Virus record (IMG/VR): IMGVR_UViG_3300029305_011823
Direction: 5' to 3' (one strand)
Length of the DNA: 64,000 bases
DNA from: a virus
Taxonomy: Duplodnaviria > Caudoviricetes
The number at the start of each line of letters is the position of its first letter. Position 1 is the stretch's first letter. Shown piece by piece: positions 49,077 to 59,856 of the stretch. The notes under the pieces are model-generated. The model ran no database searches. It had not been told where the DNA came from and worked only from the letters and a program-made list of their open reading frames with translations. A program made the translations under genes and the position numbers.

Positions 49077-49703
49077 TTATTTCCATTCCATTCCATACAT
49101 GTCTTCGTATATTTTGTTGAATTCTTCTTCATTCATTATTATTTTTCTTGACTCATTTAACATGTCTTCTGCATATTTTGTATTGAATCTAGCATATCCT
49201 TTTTCTCCATATTTGTCTTGTAAATGACTTATTACTTCTTCATATATTTCTTTGTTGTTTTTATCTGGATAATGTTTTCTGTTCCATTTATATGTTCTTT
49301 CTATCATTGTGTATATATCATTCATTCTGTCTGCGTCTGAAACTATCTTGCTATATATACTTGTGTATTCTCCTTTGTAACTTGCTCTATGCTCTTCTAC
49401 TGCTTTTGCTATTATTTCAATTTGCTCTTCGTTAAAGTATTCTTTTAACTCTTCTTCTCTTCTTACGATTTCACCTGATTTTAGGTGATGTGTTTCTCTG
49501 TCATATTTTAATCCTAGGTCGTGCATTGCTGCTATTGTTTTTACCATGTTTATGTTTAACTCAACATGTTCATCTTTCATCATGTTTTTTGCAATGTATT
49601 CTGAATTTTGTATTACCATTCTTGCATGATCTTTGTTGTGTGCTGGATCGAAACTTTCATATCTTTCTATTATACTTTCTAAATATTGATTTAATTTTTT
49701 CAT
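49077..49703 (-). CDS. HD-domain phosphohydrolase
   Basis: AH..DH, AAMHDLG, HH, EEHR, SDADR. Confidence 0.9.
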   Translation of the reverse strand: MKKLNQYLESIIERYESFDPAHNKDHARMVIQNSEYIAKNMMKDEHVELNINMVKTIAAMHDLGLKYDRETHHLKSGEIVRREEELKEYFNEEQIEIIAKAVEEHRASYKGEYTSIYSKIVSDADRMNDIYTMIERTYKWNRKHYPDKNNKEIYEEVISHLQDKYGEKGYARFNTKYAEDMLNESRKIIMNEEEFNKIYEDMYGMEWK

Positions 49704-49802
49704 AATATCATTTCTCCTTCTAATTTTTATTTTACCTCACTATTATAATATGGTATCGTTTTTCTACAAATTACAGAAAAAAATAAGATACCTTAAGGTA
49801 TC

Positions 49803-50522
49803 TTATTCATCTAAAGTTTTTGGTAAGAAATAGTCGTTCATTACTAAGTCTGTCATTAATCCTGCACCTATAAAGAATACTGCTGCAGAATTTAATGTTG
49901 TTTTATTTGATAATTTATCTGTTAATTCATTCATTGCAACATAACCATCTCTTGCTATCTTTTTATTCATTTCAGCTTTCATAACCATATCATCAGCTCT
50001 CATAGACATAAGTTCTTTTAATGAAACATTTGCACCTACTGTAAGTAACGCTATAGTTTCTTGGTCAGAGTTTCTTGAGTTTTTATCATGACCTGCAACC
50101 TGACCAGTTATCATATTTCTTTCACTTATATCCGTAGATATACCTATCTTCTTGAAGTTAAGTTGTTGTAAACGTTTTATATTTAAATATCCAACTAGAC
50201 ATTCATGTTTAGTTATTATTGGATTATTTGGATCTTGACTTGCATAAGGTAAAACAACTTTTTCAAATAATGGTACATCTAAAAATTTTGCAGCCTTTTC
50301 TATATTTTCTATTTTTAATGGATTTTCGTAATCAACCATAGTTGCTGTTAAATATGGGTCATCTTGTTCAAATAGCAATTTAAAGTATTGATCGAATTCA
50401 GCATCTGACATACTTTTAAACTTATTTCTATAATATTCAGTGTTTCTTCCAGATGGGTCAAATAAATCAAAGAATCCATATATTAAATCTTCCATCTCTT
50501 TTCTTTTAGCTTTATTCATCAT
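49803..50522 (-). CDS. RNA polymerase beta extreme C-terminal fragment (probable virion RNAP subunit)
   Basis: VGYLNIKRLQQ...ITGQV...SRNSDQETIAL...LKELMSMRADD parallels RpoB VGYMYMLKL...TQQP...QRFGEMEVWAL...LQEMLTVKSDD. Confidence 0.8.
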   Translation of the reverse strand: MMNKAKRKEMEDLIYGFFDLFDPSGRNTEYYRNKFKSMSDAEFDQYFKLLFEQDDPYLTATMVDYENPLKIENIEKAAKFLDVPLFEKVVLPYASQDPNNPIITKHECLVGYLNIKRLQQLNFKKIGISTDISERNMITGQVAGHDKNSRNSDQETIALLTVGANVSLKELMSMRADDMVMKAEMNKKIARDGYVAMNELTDKLSNKTTLNSAAVFFIGAGLMTDLVMNDYFLPKTLDE

Positions 50523-50537
50523 AATTATATATCACTC

Positions 50538-51719
50538 CTATCCTATTATTGAATATCTAATATAAACTACAGTATATAAATAAAATGCTCTCTTACATGC
50601 ATTTATAGTTGCACTTCTTGTTGTTTTTATATTAGAATTTTTAAATATTTTATCAACTATAGCTTTAAGTTCCTGTAAGTTTTTATCATTTATTTTTTGT
50701 GTTTTATAATAATCTTTCATTTCTATTTCAAAATCGTACGTTTTTAAGTCTTCTACTTTTTTCTTTTTATCGAATAAATAAACTTGTATTATAACTCTAA
50801 CTAATTTCTCGAAATCACGCTCATGATCATTATATACATAATGTAACATGTTTCTGAGATTATTCATAGAACAATCTTTTTCACGTTCACAAACTTGTTC
50901 CATTATCTTCCCGTTAGGATATGTTGATAGTATAAATTTATTCATTACTTTTTGTGTATTTTTTTCAACCATAAATGATACATTATCTGATTCTATGTAT
51001 TCATCTTCAGTATCTATATCTTTATCAACGTTGGAATAATTACCAGCGTCAAAGTCTTTTCTAAATTCAGCATAAAAATTATTCAATAATTTAGCATAAT
51101 CTCTATGATTTCTATTTACCATATCACAAATTGTCTTATCTGTAACTTCAACCCCAACAGTTTCTTTTTTACGTTCAACTAACCAGTTATTTAAAAAAGA
51201 ATCGCCTTTTTTCATTAAAGTTTTTAATATAGAACCACATTTTTTAAAGTCGTTTTTATAAGACAATCTATCAATTGTTGCCTTCATACAATTTATAGTT
51301 TTCTCACTTGTTTGTCTAAAATATTTAGATCTGACATTCTTATAAGCATAAATTGAACAAATTAACATAGATAAGTTAACCATATCTGTTTTTTTCTTAT
51401 TATTGAAATATATAATTAATAGTATCAATAATACATACATTGGATTTTGGACAGTGTGCCAATTATCACCCACATAATCAGAAGCTTTAAGTGCTTGCAT
51501 AACTTCTTCAGGTTGTATATCTATCGCCTGATAAAATTTTGCTTCAACTCTTCTATCAACAAAAACAGTTTTACTAGGTATAGTATCAGATAAAGCTTCA
51601 TTATTTCTTGATATAACTTCATTATAAAACTCTTTTAATTTAGCTACGTTATTAGATTGTGATAAAGCTTTTTCTAATCTTGGATATAAACGTGTATAAA
51701 TAACAGTACTATCAGCCAT
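50538..51719 (-). CDS. hypothetical protein (late, co-transcribed with the vRNAP fragment)
   Basis: 393-aa ORF; late promoter at 51756-51767. Confidence 0.8.
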   Translation of the reverse strand: MADSTVIYTRLYPRLEKALSQSNNVAKLKEFYNEVISRNNEALSDTIPSKTVFVDRRVEAKFYQAIDIQPEEVMQALKASDYVGDNWHTVQNPMYVLLILLIIYFNNKKKTDMVNLSMLICSIYAYKNVRSKYFRQTSEKTINCMKATIDRLSYKNDFKKCGSILKTLMKKGDSFLNNWLVERKKETVGVEVTDKTICDMVNRNHRDYAKLLNNFYAEFRKDFDAGNYSNVDKDIDTEDEYIESDNVSFMVEKNTQKVMNKFILSTYPNGKIMEQVCEREKDCSMNNLRNMLHYVYNDHERDFEKLVRVIIQVYLFDKKKKVEDLKTYDFEIEMKDYYKTQKINDKNLQELKAIVDKIFKNSNIKTTRSATINACKRAFYLYTVVYIRYSIIG

Positions 51720-51804
51720 TTAAATCACTCCTCTCATTAAATTCAAAACAGTTCTTAGTCAATTGTTTCGGGACATAGAAAAAAAGATAGCTTATAAGCT
51801 ATCT

Positions 51805-52443
51805 TTAATTATTATTAAAGAAAGGTAATAATTTATCAAAATCTATATCACTTTCTTCATCTTTTTTATCTTTGACTGATTTGTTTACACTATAAGCGGC
51901 TGTGCTAATTGTAACATCTATTAGTTCTGGAACATAAATAGCTGGGTATGTCTTAAGCAATTCTTTTGTAGCAAATATCTTATTTTTATTTGGAAATTGA
52001 TTTTCCCATGAAATTGCTGTACTCACATTATTCCCACATTTATAAACATTTGTTATTGTATGTGTTATTAAAACATTATTGACCGCATTAAACTTAGAAT
52101 TTTTATTATTTAGTTTATTATTATAATCGTTTAATTTTTCTGCTGCATAGTTAACACCAAAAACGCTAACATATTTTTTAACTACAGTTTTAGCAGATTC
52201 TGCAGTTTCATTGTTTAATGAACATAACATTCTACAATTTGGTAAAGTTGTTGCTTGTGCTGTAGCATATACTTTTAATGCAGTTGTTGCAACATTCACT
52301 GTCGCTTTAACAGGATGTTCTTTAGCATATGCTATTTCTTTTTTAATTTTATTTTTAACTGGATGTGTTACTCTAGACATTTCAGCCTCTATTCTACTAT
52401 ATAATATACTACTTTCAACTTTTCCTTTTAATTTTTTAAACAT
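51805..52443 (-). CDS. hypothetical protein
   Basis: ORF after an early motif at 52485-52517. Confidence 0.75.
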   Translation of the reverse strand: MFKKLKGKVESSILYSRIEAEMSRVTHPVKNKIKKEIAYAKEHPVKATVNVATTALKVYATAQATTLPNCRMLCSLNNETAESAKTVVKKYVSVFGVNYAAEKLNDYNNKLNNKNSKFNAVNNVLITHTITNVYKCGNNVSTAISWENQFPNKNKIFATKELLKTYPAIYVPELIDVTISTAAYSVNKSVKDKKDEESDIDFDKLLPFFNNN

Positions 52444-52546
52444 AAACATTACCTCCAAATTATATTAATATTGTATTTCACTATTATAATATGGTATCGA
52501 AATTCTATAAATTGCAATAAAAGAATAGATACCTTAGGTATCTATT

Positions 52547-53230
52547 CTACATAACTTTACAAAATGCAAATTTTACTATCTTTCCAGATTCTGAATCATA
52601 CCATACCCAACCACCATCGCTTATTAGATAAACCTTTTCCCTGTGAAACAATTTAAATCTTCTAGCAGATTCTAAAATTTTATTTCTCTGCTCAATATCC
52701 CAAGGATTGTAATGTGGTAAGATTACAAAATCTTTTATAAATCTTATTCCCCTAAAGCACTTATATCCAGCATAATCATTATCAGGATATACGAAAAATC
52801 TTCTACTCCAAAACATAGATCCAGCCGATTCCCCTACAACTATTTTACATTGTTTTATCATGTTGGTTAATTTAAGTTCTTTTAATATTTTTACTATATT
52901 TTCTGGAAATCCTCCTGGTAGATAAACTATCGTATTATCTGCAAGAAGTTTATGTTTTATTAATCCTATAGAATCTGTAAATCTATTAATAACTACAACC
53001 CTATCAGGATTTATACCTATATTAACAAAAGGTTCTATAGTTTTCCAAAATATAGATTCCTTATTAAATGGATTTCTGTCAAAACGTTTATAAATATCTT
53101 CAGCACACCTTAAATACTCAAAATGATTTGCAAATGGAAGAACCACTAATTGAGTTTGACTATTTATATTCTCCTTTAAATAATCTATGGATTCAACTCC
53201 ACTTGAAACGCTTGTTAAAAATAATTGCAT
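52547..53230 (-). CDS. peptidase E/S51-like (class I GATase fold)
   Basis: YLPGG, VGESAGS nucleophile elbow, ILPHY. Confidence 0.8.
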   Translation of the reverse strand: MQLFLTSVSSGVESIDYLKENINSQTQLVVLPFANHFEYLRCAEDIYKRFDRNPFNKESIFWKTIEPFVNIGINPDRVVVINRFTDSIGLIKHKLLADNTIVYLPGGFPENIVKILKELKLTNMIKQCKIVVGESAGSMFWSRRFFVYPDNDYAGYKCFRGIRFIKDFVILPHYNPWDIEQRNKILESARRFKLFHREKVYLISDGGWVWYDSESGKIVKFAFCKVM

Positions 53231-53242
53231 GATTTCAGCCCC

Positions 53243-53698
53243 CTATTTTTTATTTTTTTCTTTAAGATATTTTTCCTCCCTAGCATTGTCTCTAGCTTTA
53301 TAATCATTATGGAATGTTTTGAAAAGTGCACCCCAACATAATAATCCTATCAGATTGGCTGCTCCAGCACTCATGATACCAGCTGCATTTAAGCCACAAG
53401 AAGCAGCATCAACAGCAAGTATTTTCATTACACCACTTTGACGCTTTCTCCATTCTTCGAAATCTTTGGCATATTTTTTAGCTAAGGCTTCTCTTTCTTT
53501 ATCAGTTTTAGCATTTCTAAATTCATATTTTATATTTTTGTCTTCATATTTATATACAAGATAATTTATAAATGCAAACTTAAATTTCGATTTATTCATT
53601 TTATCAGATTCACTTTTATGTGCTTCTAATATAGTGCTATTATAAGCACCGTATATATTTTCCATTCTTTCTTCTACATATTCTTTAAAATTATCCAT
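53243..53698 (-). CDS. hypothetical protein, paralog of 53716-54099 (possible internal head protein)
   Basis: Shared IY.AY.STILE and EF.NAK....A.A.KY..DF motifs. Confidence 0.7.
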   Translation of the reverse strand: MDNFKEYVEERMENIYGAYNSTILEAHKSESDKMNKSKFKFAFINYLVYKYEDKNIKYEFRNAKTDKEREALAKKYAKDFEEWRKRQSGVMKILAVDAASCGLNAAGIMSAGAANLIGLLCWGALFKTFHNDYKARDNAREEKYLKEKNKK

Positions 53699-53715
53699 GT
53701 TAACACTTCCCTTCT

Positions 53716-54099
53716 TTAAAATCCTTTACTTAATTCTCTACCGTAATATTGAATATCATCTGCTAACATTATTTTATACATTTTGTTAGTAACATCTTTA
53801 GGTATAAGTCCTGTAAAGTCAGCCGCTATTAATCCCCAACGTATTGCGGATGGTATAAATTTCTTAGGCTGTTGTTTTATAAACCTTTGAAAGTCATCTT
53901 GATATTTATCAGCAACTGCTTTGGCGTCTTCTTTGTTTTTAGCATTTGTGAACTCTTTTTTATCAAAATCAGGATATTGTTGTTTTAAATATCTATAGAA
54001 ATCATTTCGCATCATGTCAGCTTTTATATATTCTTTTTGTTTTCTAAATTCTTCTAATATAGTACTGTCATACGCTTCATATATTCTTTCAATATCCAT
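53716..54099 (-). CDS. hypothetical protein, paralog of 53243-53698
   Basis: Same shared motifs; late promoter at 54136-54147. Confidence 0.7.
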   Translation of the reverse strand: MDIERIYEAYDSTILEEFRKQKEYIKADMMRNDFYRYLKQQYPDFDKKEFTNAKNKEDAKAVADKYQDDFQRFIKQQPKKFIPSAIRWGLIAADFTGLIPKDVTNKMYKIMLADDIQYYGRELSKGF

Positions 54100-54182
54100 G
54101 TTATCACCTTCTTTTTTGTTATATATTTCAATCATTAATGATTTGTTTCAGTTGAGGTAAAAAAGAATAGATACCGAAGTAT

Positions 54183-56582
54183 CTATTCTACAACTAATTC
54201 CAGAACAATATCCTTATTCTTTAATGTTACCATTTTCTTACAAGGATGATTTCTTGTTAATTCTGGAATATCTTTTACTTTAAATTCGTTTTCTGTAAAT
54301 TGCGTATAAACCATTACTCTATTTGTCATCTTAACTGATTTAACACAAACTACAACTTCATTTTTCTCCAATCTAGTTAATTGTAATGTTGGAGATTTTC
54401 TTTTCATTGTTTTAAATTGATTTAAGTTGCATAATTTCATTTTACCTTTTGAAGTTAATACTACTATATATTTATGATTCTTATTTATTATAGCAGTTCC
54501 TGCAACTTCATCATTACCTGCTAAATCTATTGTAACTATACCATAAGCAGCTCTACCACATTCTCTTATATCATCTGTACTTATTCTTATAGCTCCACCT
54601 TCTTTTGTATATATAACTATATCTTTCTTTCCAAATAATACGTCAACTGAAACTAATTCATCATCGTCTGCTAATTTAATAGCTGTTACTGTTCCTCTTA
54701 TCTTTTGGAAATTCTTATAACTTAATTTCTTACTTAAACCTTTCTTAGTTGTTAATACTAAGAATACCTCTTCATCTTTAATAGTTTCTGGTGGTTTAGG
54801 GAATGATGTTACTATATTCCCTGCTACTGTAACCATTGTGGATATATCAATTCCACCACTATCTATTGGAGTTGAACTTATATCATTTACATCTATATTA
54901 CTCATATTACCTCTTTTGTCAAACACTAATATACTGCCTCTATTATTTACTGGGAATAAATCTTTACCTTTATCACCATCTTCTAACTGACCTATTCCAT
55001 TTACATTCGCATCTAATTTCTTTATTCTACCATTTTTAGTTATCACTATCTTATGATCTGAATCAGGTATAAACTTACTATCACCAAATGTTACTATATC
55101 ACTGCTTCTTGGTCTACTAAATAATTCTATACCTTCTTTTAATTCATCTTTGATTATATTATCTATCAATTTAGATGATTTTGTTATAACTAATAATTCA
55201 TCCAATTCTTTATTGATTTCTTCTAATTCTTCTCTATATTTTCTATGGGCTTCTTTGTTAAATGCTGTTACTCGCATCTTAGCAATATTGTTTGCTTGTA
55301 ATGTTGATATACCAAACGTTGAAACTAATTTACTTTGGAATTCTTCTGTATTTTCAGATTTAGTTGCTAATGATATCGTAGTTTTACCATTCTTTTCATT
55401 TGTTATAAATATTAGAACTTCTAAGATATGTTTTCTTTCCATCTTCTTAGTTATCTTTTTATTTATCTGTCTTCTTTTAATATCTCTTCTAAATGCTATC
55501 CAATCCAATAATAAAGTTCTAACTGTATAATGCTTAGAACAATATTCATCTATTAATGTAAGGTCATAACTAGCTGTAGATAACATTGTTGTTTTCTTAT
55601 ATAACAAATCTAAATTTTTATCTAAATCACTACCTGGTTTAAATAATATTTCTATACTTAATTTACCTTCTTCACCTTTTTTCTTTTTACTTTTATTATG
55701 TCTCTGATCGTTTATGTTATGAACATCAATAAATCCGACTAACTCTCCTGATTTACCCATTTCTACAACTTTTTCTGTTATAGCAGCTAGGTTAGTTCCT
55801 TGAGGTACTGATAAAACTTCTATCTTGCATTCCTCATAATTTATATTAACTTTAGATTTCATTCTAAAGCTTCCCTTACCAGTTCTTCTTATTTCATCAA
55901 ATTGTCCGTCATCTACTATCTCACAATTATTAGGAATGTCAGGATATAATAATTTGTCATATGATGGATTATCCATTAGTTTTAATGTAAACTCAACCAA
56001 CTCTTTAAAGTTGTAATTTGGATATTGTGAATAAGCCCCATAGCCTATACTTTTATTTGATTTTGTAAGAGCTATTGGATATCTTGATGGTAGATATTCT
56101 GGCTCATATATACCTTCTATAAAACCAGGTTTCATTTCTACTAAATCTTCATCAAAATCTTCAAAATAACATTTATAAGCAAACTTGCTCAATCTAAGTT
56201 CAAGATAACGACTAGCGGCTGCTTCATCCCCAACTATATTACCATAAGAACCAGATCCATCTATAAACTCACATGCATTCTCCCAAGGTCTAGCTAATTT
56301 AACTGCTGTGTTGTAAATATTTACATCACCGTGCGGATGTCTTGTCATTGTAGCCCCTATTGCTAAAGCCATCTTTTTATAATTCGCCCAAGGATAAGCT
56401 TTAACATCATGGAACATACTATAAAGCAATCTTCTTTCACCTGGCAACAATCCGTCATTCATTGATGGTATATGTCTATATAAATTTTTATTAGGGGCGT
56501 AGATGCTAATAGCATCATACGCCTTATCCTTTAATTCCATTTCTGTAACATTTTCTTTAAATTTAAATTCATCTTTTCTCAT
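54183..56582 (-). CDS. gyrA: type IIA topoisomerase subunit A (GyrA/ParC-like)
   Basis: DGLLPGERR, HPHGD, GSYG, catalytic ASRY, beta-pinwheel CTD repeats (ITKNG, TTKKG, YTKEG, LTSKG). Confidence 0.9.
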   Translation of the reverse strand: MRKDEFKFKENVTEMELKDKAYDAISIYAPNKNLYRHIPSMNDGLLPGERRLLYSMFHDVKAYPWANYKKMALAIGATMTRHPHGDVNIYNTAVKLARPWENACEFIDGSGSYGNIVGDEAAASRYLELRLSKFAYKCYFEDFDEDLVEMKPGFIEGIYEPEYLPSRYPIALTKSNKSIGYGAYSQYPNYNFKELVEFTLKLMDNPSYDKLLYPDIPNNCEIVDDGQFDEIRRTGKGSFRMKSKVNINYEECKIEVLSVPQGTNLAAITEKVVEMGKSGELVGFIDVHNINDQRHNKSKKKKGEEGKLSIEILFKPGSDLDKNLDLLYKKTTMLSTASYDLTLIDEYCSKHYTVRTLLLDWIAFRRDIKRRQINKKITKKMERKHILEVLIFITNEKNGKTTISLATKSENTEEFQSKLVSTFGISTLQANNIAKMRVTAFNKEAHRKYREELEEINKELDELLVITKSSKLIDNIIKDELKEGIELFSRPRSSDIVTFGDSKFIPDSDHKIVITKNGRIKKLDANVNGIGQLEDGDKGKDLFPVNNRGSILVFDKRGNMSNIDVNDISSTPIDSGGIDISTMVTVAGNIVTSFPKPPETIKDEEVFLVLTTKKGLSKKLSYKNFQKIRGTVTAIKLADDDELVSVDVLFGKKDIVIYTKEGGAIRISTDDIRECGRAAYGIVTIDLAGNDEVAGTAIINKNHKYIVVLTSKGKMKLCNLNQFKTMKRKSPTLQLTRLEKNEVVVCVKSVKMTNRVMVYTQFTENEFKVKDIPELTRNHPCKKMVTLKNKDIVLELVVE

Positions 56583-56596
56583 ATATTTACCTCCTT

Positions 56597-59023
56597 TTAG
56601 TTATCAAAGATATCCCTTGAAGGTTTTAATTCTTCAACTAATTTTCTTCTACTCTCCATATTAGATTTACCTTTTCCTAATAGTTTGTCGTACATTTTAT
56701 ACGTTTCCATTAAATCACTTACTGTTAATTGAATTAATGTTCTTTTCTCCGGGTTCATTACTGTTTCCCACATATCTACGCTCGAAAGTTCCCCCAACCC
56801 TTTATATCTTAAATCTATTCCTGGTTGTAACTTAACTGTTAATTGTAAGAATTCACCAATACTAAGTTTCCCTCTAAATTCTCTTCCATCTTTATATTTT
56901 TCAACCACTTTATAATATTGACTATTATTTTTATCCATAAGATCTTTAAGTTTTTCCGTTTTCTTATCAAATAATCTATCAACTGTAAATATTTGATATG
57001 CCCCCTCATATATTCCTTCAACTATCATGTCAGTTTTATTATCTTTATCAAATTCAATTTTTATCTCTGGGAATTTCTTAGCCATATTTTTCTTAAAGTT
57101 TTTATCATTTTTATATTTTATAACATATTCTATTAATGTCGAATTTGCACTATAATGATCTTTACATCTATTTAATTCATCAAGATAATATTGATTTAAT
57201 TGTAAAAATTCTAACATTTCTCTCTTAGTTAATTCTTTTCCTCCATCTTCTTGTAATGTATATTTATCTAAGATATTTCTAAAATATACATTTTGATATT
57301 GTTCTTTATCTGTTACGAATGGAGTTTTCTTATCTTTTATTTTATATAATGGGGGAACTGATAAATATAATCTCCCATCATATATTAAATCAGGCATATG
57401 TTTTAAGAAGAATCCACCTAATAATGAGAAGATATAGAATCCATCTACATCTCCATCACTACACATTATCACTTTATCAAATCTACATTTACTTACGTCA
57501 AAATTATCTCCAATACCTGCATTAATTGCTCTTGTTAAATTCTTAAATGTTTCATTCTTTGTATATACATCATTACTACTCATTGTATATGCTTCTCCTG
57601 GAACACCTCTCATTGTATACATTGCTTGATAATCTGCATCTCTTGCTTGTGTACCATTTGATTTAACTGATAACCCCTCAAATATAAATAACTCTCTATA
57701 ATCCTTTTTACCTTTCTTATTTGCAGGGAAATAATTTGGTATTGAATGTTCTGCAACTGCTCCAACTTCTCTTTTAATTACTGCTTGTTTTGCTTTTGTA
57801 GATTCATATCTTGCTTTAGCATTTGCTTTAATTAAATTTGTGTATGTTTTAAGTTCCTTAGGATTATTCTCAAAGAATACTGTTAACTGAGATCTTACTA
57901 TTTCTTTTAATGGTTTAACCATCTTAGCATTTTCTATTTTTGTTTTTGTTTGCGATGTGAATCTAACTTCCATAGATGTACTTATATTTAATGCAACCAC
58001 CAAACAAGATGTGATATCGTTATATATGATACTATATTTTTCTTTTTCTTTATCTGTTAATATATCTCTAGTTTTTCTACTTAGATATTCACATATTGCT
58101 GTAACTACTGCATTTAAATGGTCCCCACCATCTTCTGTATATACAAAGTTACAGAAAGATTTGGCTTGAGTTTCTAATAAATTCACGTTTAAAGCAAATG
58201 CGAATTCTAACTCTAATTCTCTAGGCATCATTTTTTCTTCAACTTTACCACCAGGTTTAATTATTCTAACCTCTTCTTCAACTTTTGCTAAACCTGAAGC
58301 TCTGGTTATATTTGTATTATTTTTAGGAGACATTTCAACTAATAAATCTCCAACACCATTCTTACTACGTTCAAAGGTATATCTTTTAATTTTACCTTTC
58401 TTTTCAATTTCAAGTTCTATTATAATACCGTCATTTAAGAAATGTTTTATATTTTCAAGCCATTCTATTAAATACTCACCCCTCATTTGACACGGTCCCA
58501 TATATTTTTCATCAGGTGTAAATGTTACTATCGTACCATGTCTTTCTTTATCTTTACATTTTACTACAGTTCCATCTTGAACTTGAACACCATTTTTAAA
58601 TTCAACTACACCATATTCTCCTAATTTATATACTTCTAATTTAAAATATTTAGAGAAAGCATTTGTAGCTTTTATACCACAACCATTAACTCCTGCTGAG
58701 CGTTGTCCATATAACTTATTAAATTTTGTACTTGACTGTAATTTTGTACACGCATCTAACATTTTATCAAATGGTAAACCTCTACCATCATCTTCAGACG
58801 TAAACGTATTTGTATCTTCATTTAAATATAAATATATATTTTCTCCTGGTGAATTGACATTTATACATTCATCTATGTTATTATTAATACATTCTTTTGC
58901 TAGATGTATTGCTCCTAATTCTCCAAGACGAGATATATACATATATGGTGCACTACGTAACTTATCCAAATCATTTTCAACAACTTGCATTGTTTCTTCA
59001 ATAAATTTTTTATTTTTAGCCAT
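56597..59023 (-). CDS. gyrB: type IIA topoisomerase subunit B (GyrB/ParE-like)
   Basis: GHKL E..NN.IDE, DDGRGLP, GVNGCG; Toprim EGLS, DGDVDG; RYKGLGE. Confidence 0.92.
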   Translation of the reverse strand: MAKNKKFIEETMQVVENDLDKLRSAPYMYISRLGELGAIHLAKECINNNIDECINVNSPGENIYLYLNEDTNTFTSEDDGRGLPFDKMLDACTKLQSSTKFNKLYGQRSAGVNGCGIKATNAFSKYFKLEVYKLGEYGVVEFKNGVQVQDGTVVKCKDKERHGTIVTFTPDEKYMGPCQMRGEYLIEWLENIKHFLNDGIIIELEIEKKGKIKRYTFERSKNGVGDLLVEMSPKNNTNITRASGLAKVEEEVRIIKPGGKVEEKMMPRELELEFAFALNVNLLETQAKSFCNFVYTEDGGDHLNAVVTAICEYLSRKTRDILTDKEKEKYSIIYNDITSCLVVALNISTSMEVRFTSQTKTKIENAKMVKPLKEIVRSQLTVFFENNPKELKTYTNLIKANAKARYESTKAKQAVIKREVGAVAEHSIPNYFPANKKGKKDYRELFIFEGLSVKSNGTQARDADYQAMYTMRGVPGEAYTMSSNDVYTKNETFKNLTRAINAGIGDNFDVSKCRFDKVIMCSDGDVDGFYIFSLLGGFFLKHMPDLIYDGRLYLSVPPLYKIKDKKTPFVTDKEQYQNVYFRNILDKYTLQEDGGKELTKREMLEFLQLNQYYLDELNRCKDHYSANSTLIEYVIKYKNDKNFKKNMAKKFPEIKIEFDKDNKTDMIVEGIYEGAYQIFTVDRLFDKKTEKLKDLMDKNNSQYYKVVEKYKDGREFRGKLSIGEFLQLTVKLQPGIDLRYKGLGELSSVDMWETVMNPEKRTLIQLTVSDLMETYKMYDKLLGKGKSNMESRRKLVEELKPSRDIFDN

Positions 59024-59036
59024 TTTACATACCTCC

Positions 59037-59856
59037 TTAATTATATAAATCAAACTTATAATTTTTCATAGCAACATAAATATCTTCGGGAATTTTTCCT
59101 TTATAAAATTCAGCACAATCTTGTATATATTTTTCTTTATATTTTTTGTATATATTAAATGCCTCATCTAATGTTTCGGTTGAAACTTGTGTTAAATGAA
59201 CCTCTCCATCTTTATTAACATATCTTAATTTACATGTTCTATAAGGTTTACTTTTATTATTACTATCAAAATATACACCTATAGGTAATTCATTCTCTTT
59301 TTTAGGTTGTTGCTTAAATAATTGATTTATACTATCAGGAACTAATCTACATGTTTCTGGTGAATAAATCTTATTTTTAGGAAATAATATATCTTTATCT
59401 AAGCATAATTTTTCTTTACATGTATATTTATTTTCGTTATACCATTTAGCAAAATTTTGGAAACACCACCATTCTTTACAAATTGTAACATCTGCATAAG
59501 ATGGTTTATTCCCAATATAATTTTCAGCACGTCTATGCATAGCTAACCATACATTGAATTCGGGTGTCATATACTTTTTTCCGTTTTCACGATAACCTGT
59601 AATATATGGACCTTTACCGACATAACCATTAAACCCGTATTCTACTCTGTTATAATTTTTTTGCAATACCATCTCTAAAGTTACTATATTTTATGTTTAT
59701 TATACATTCATTTCCGTCTAAAAACTTTACATCAACTCTATAATCTGGATAACATTTTATTATTTCCATACGTTCACCTAATTTATTTACACCTATCTGT
59801 CCTACCCGTTCTTCTATAGGTTTATATTCATTTAAAAATTCTTTATTTTTACTCAT
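59037..59856 (-). pseudogene. homing endonuclease paralog of 25773-26540, frameshifted at an A7 run
   Basis: ORFs 59650-59856 and 59037-59672 join as ...NFRDGIAK-NYNRVEYG... if one A of the run at 59656-59662 is removed. Confidence 0.75.

Noticed and set aside
39988-49703. Bacterial chromosomal contamination (glgP, infA, srtB, YwaF, HD protein)
   Set aside because: Genes are interleaved with phage-specific promoters and hypotheticals, and lack normal operon neighbours (no rpmJ/rpsM, no glgCA)
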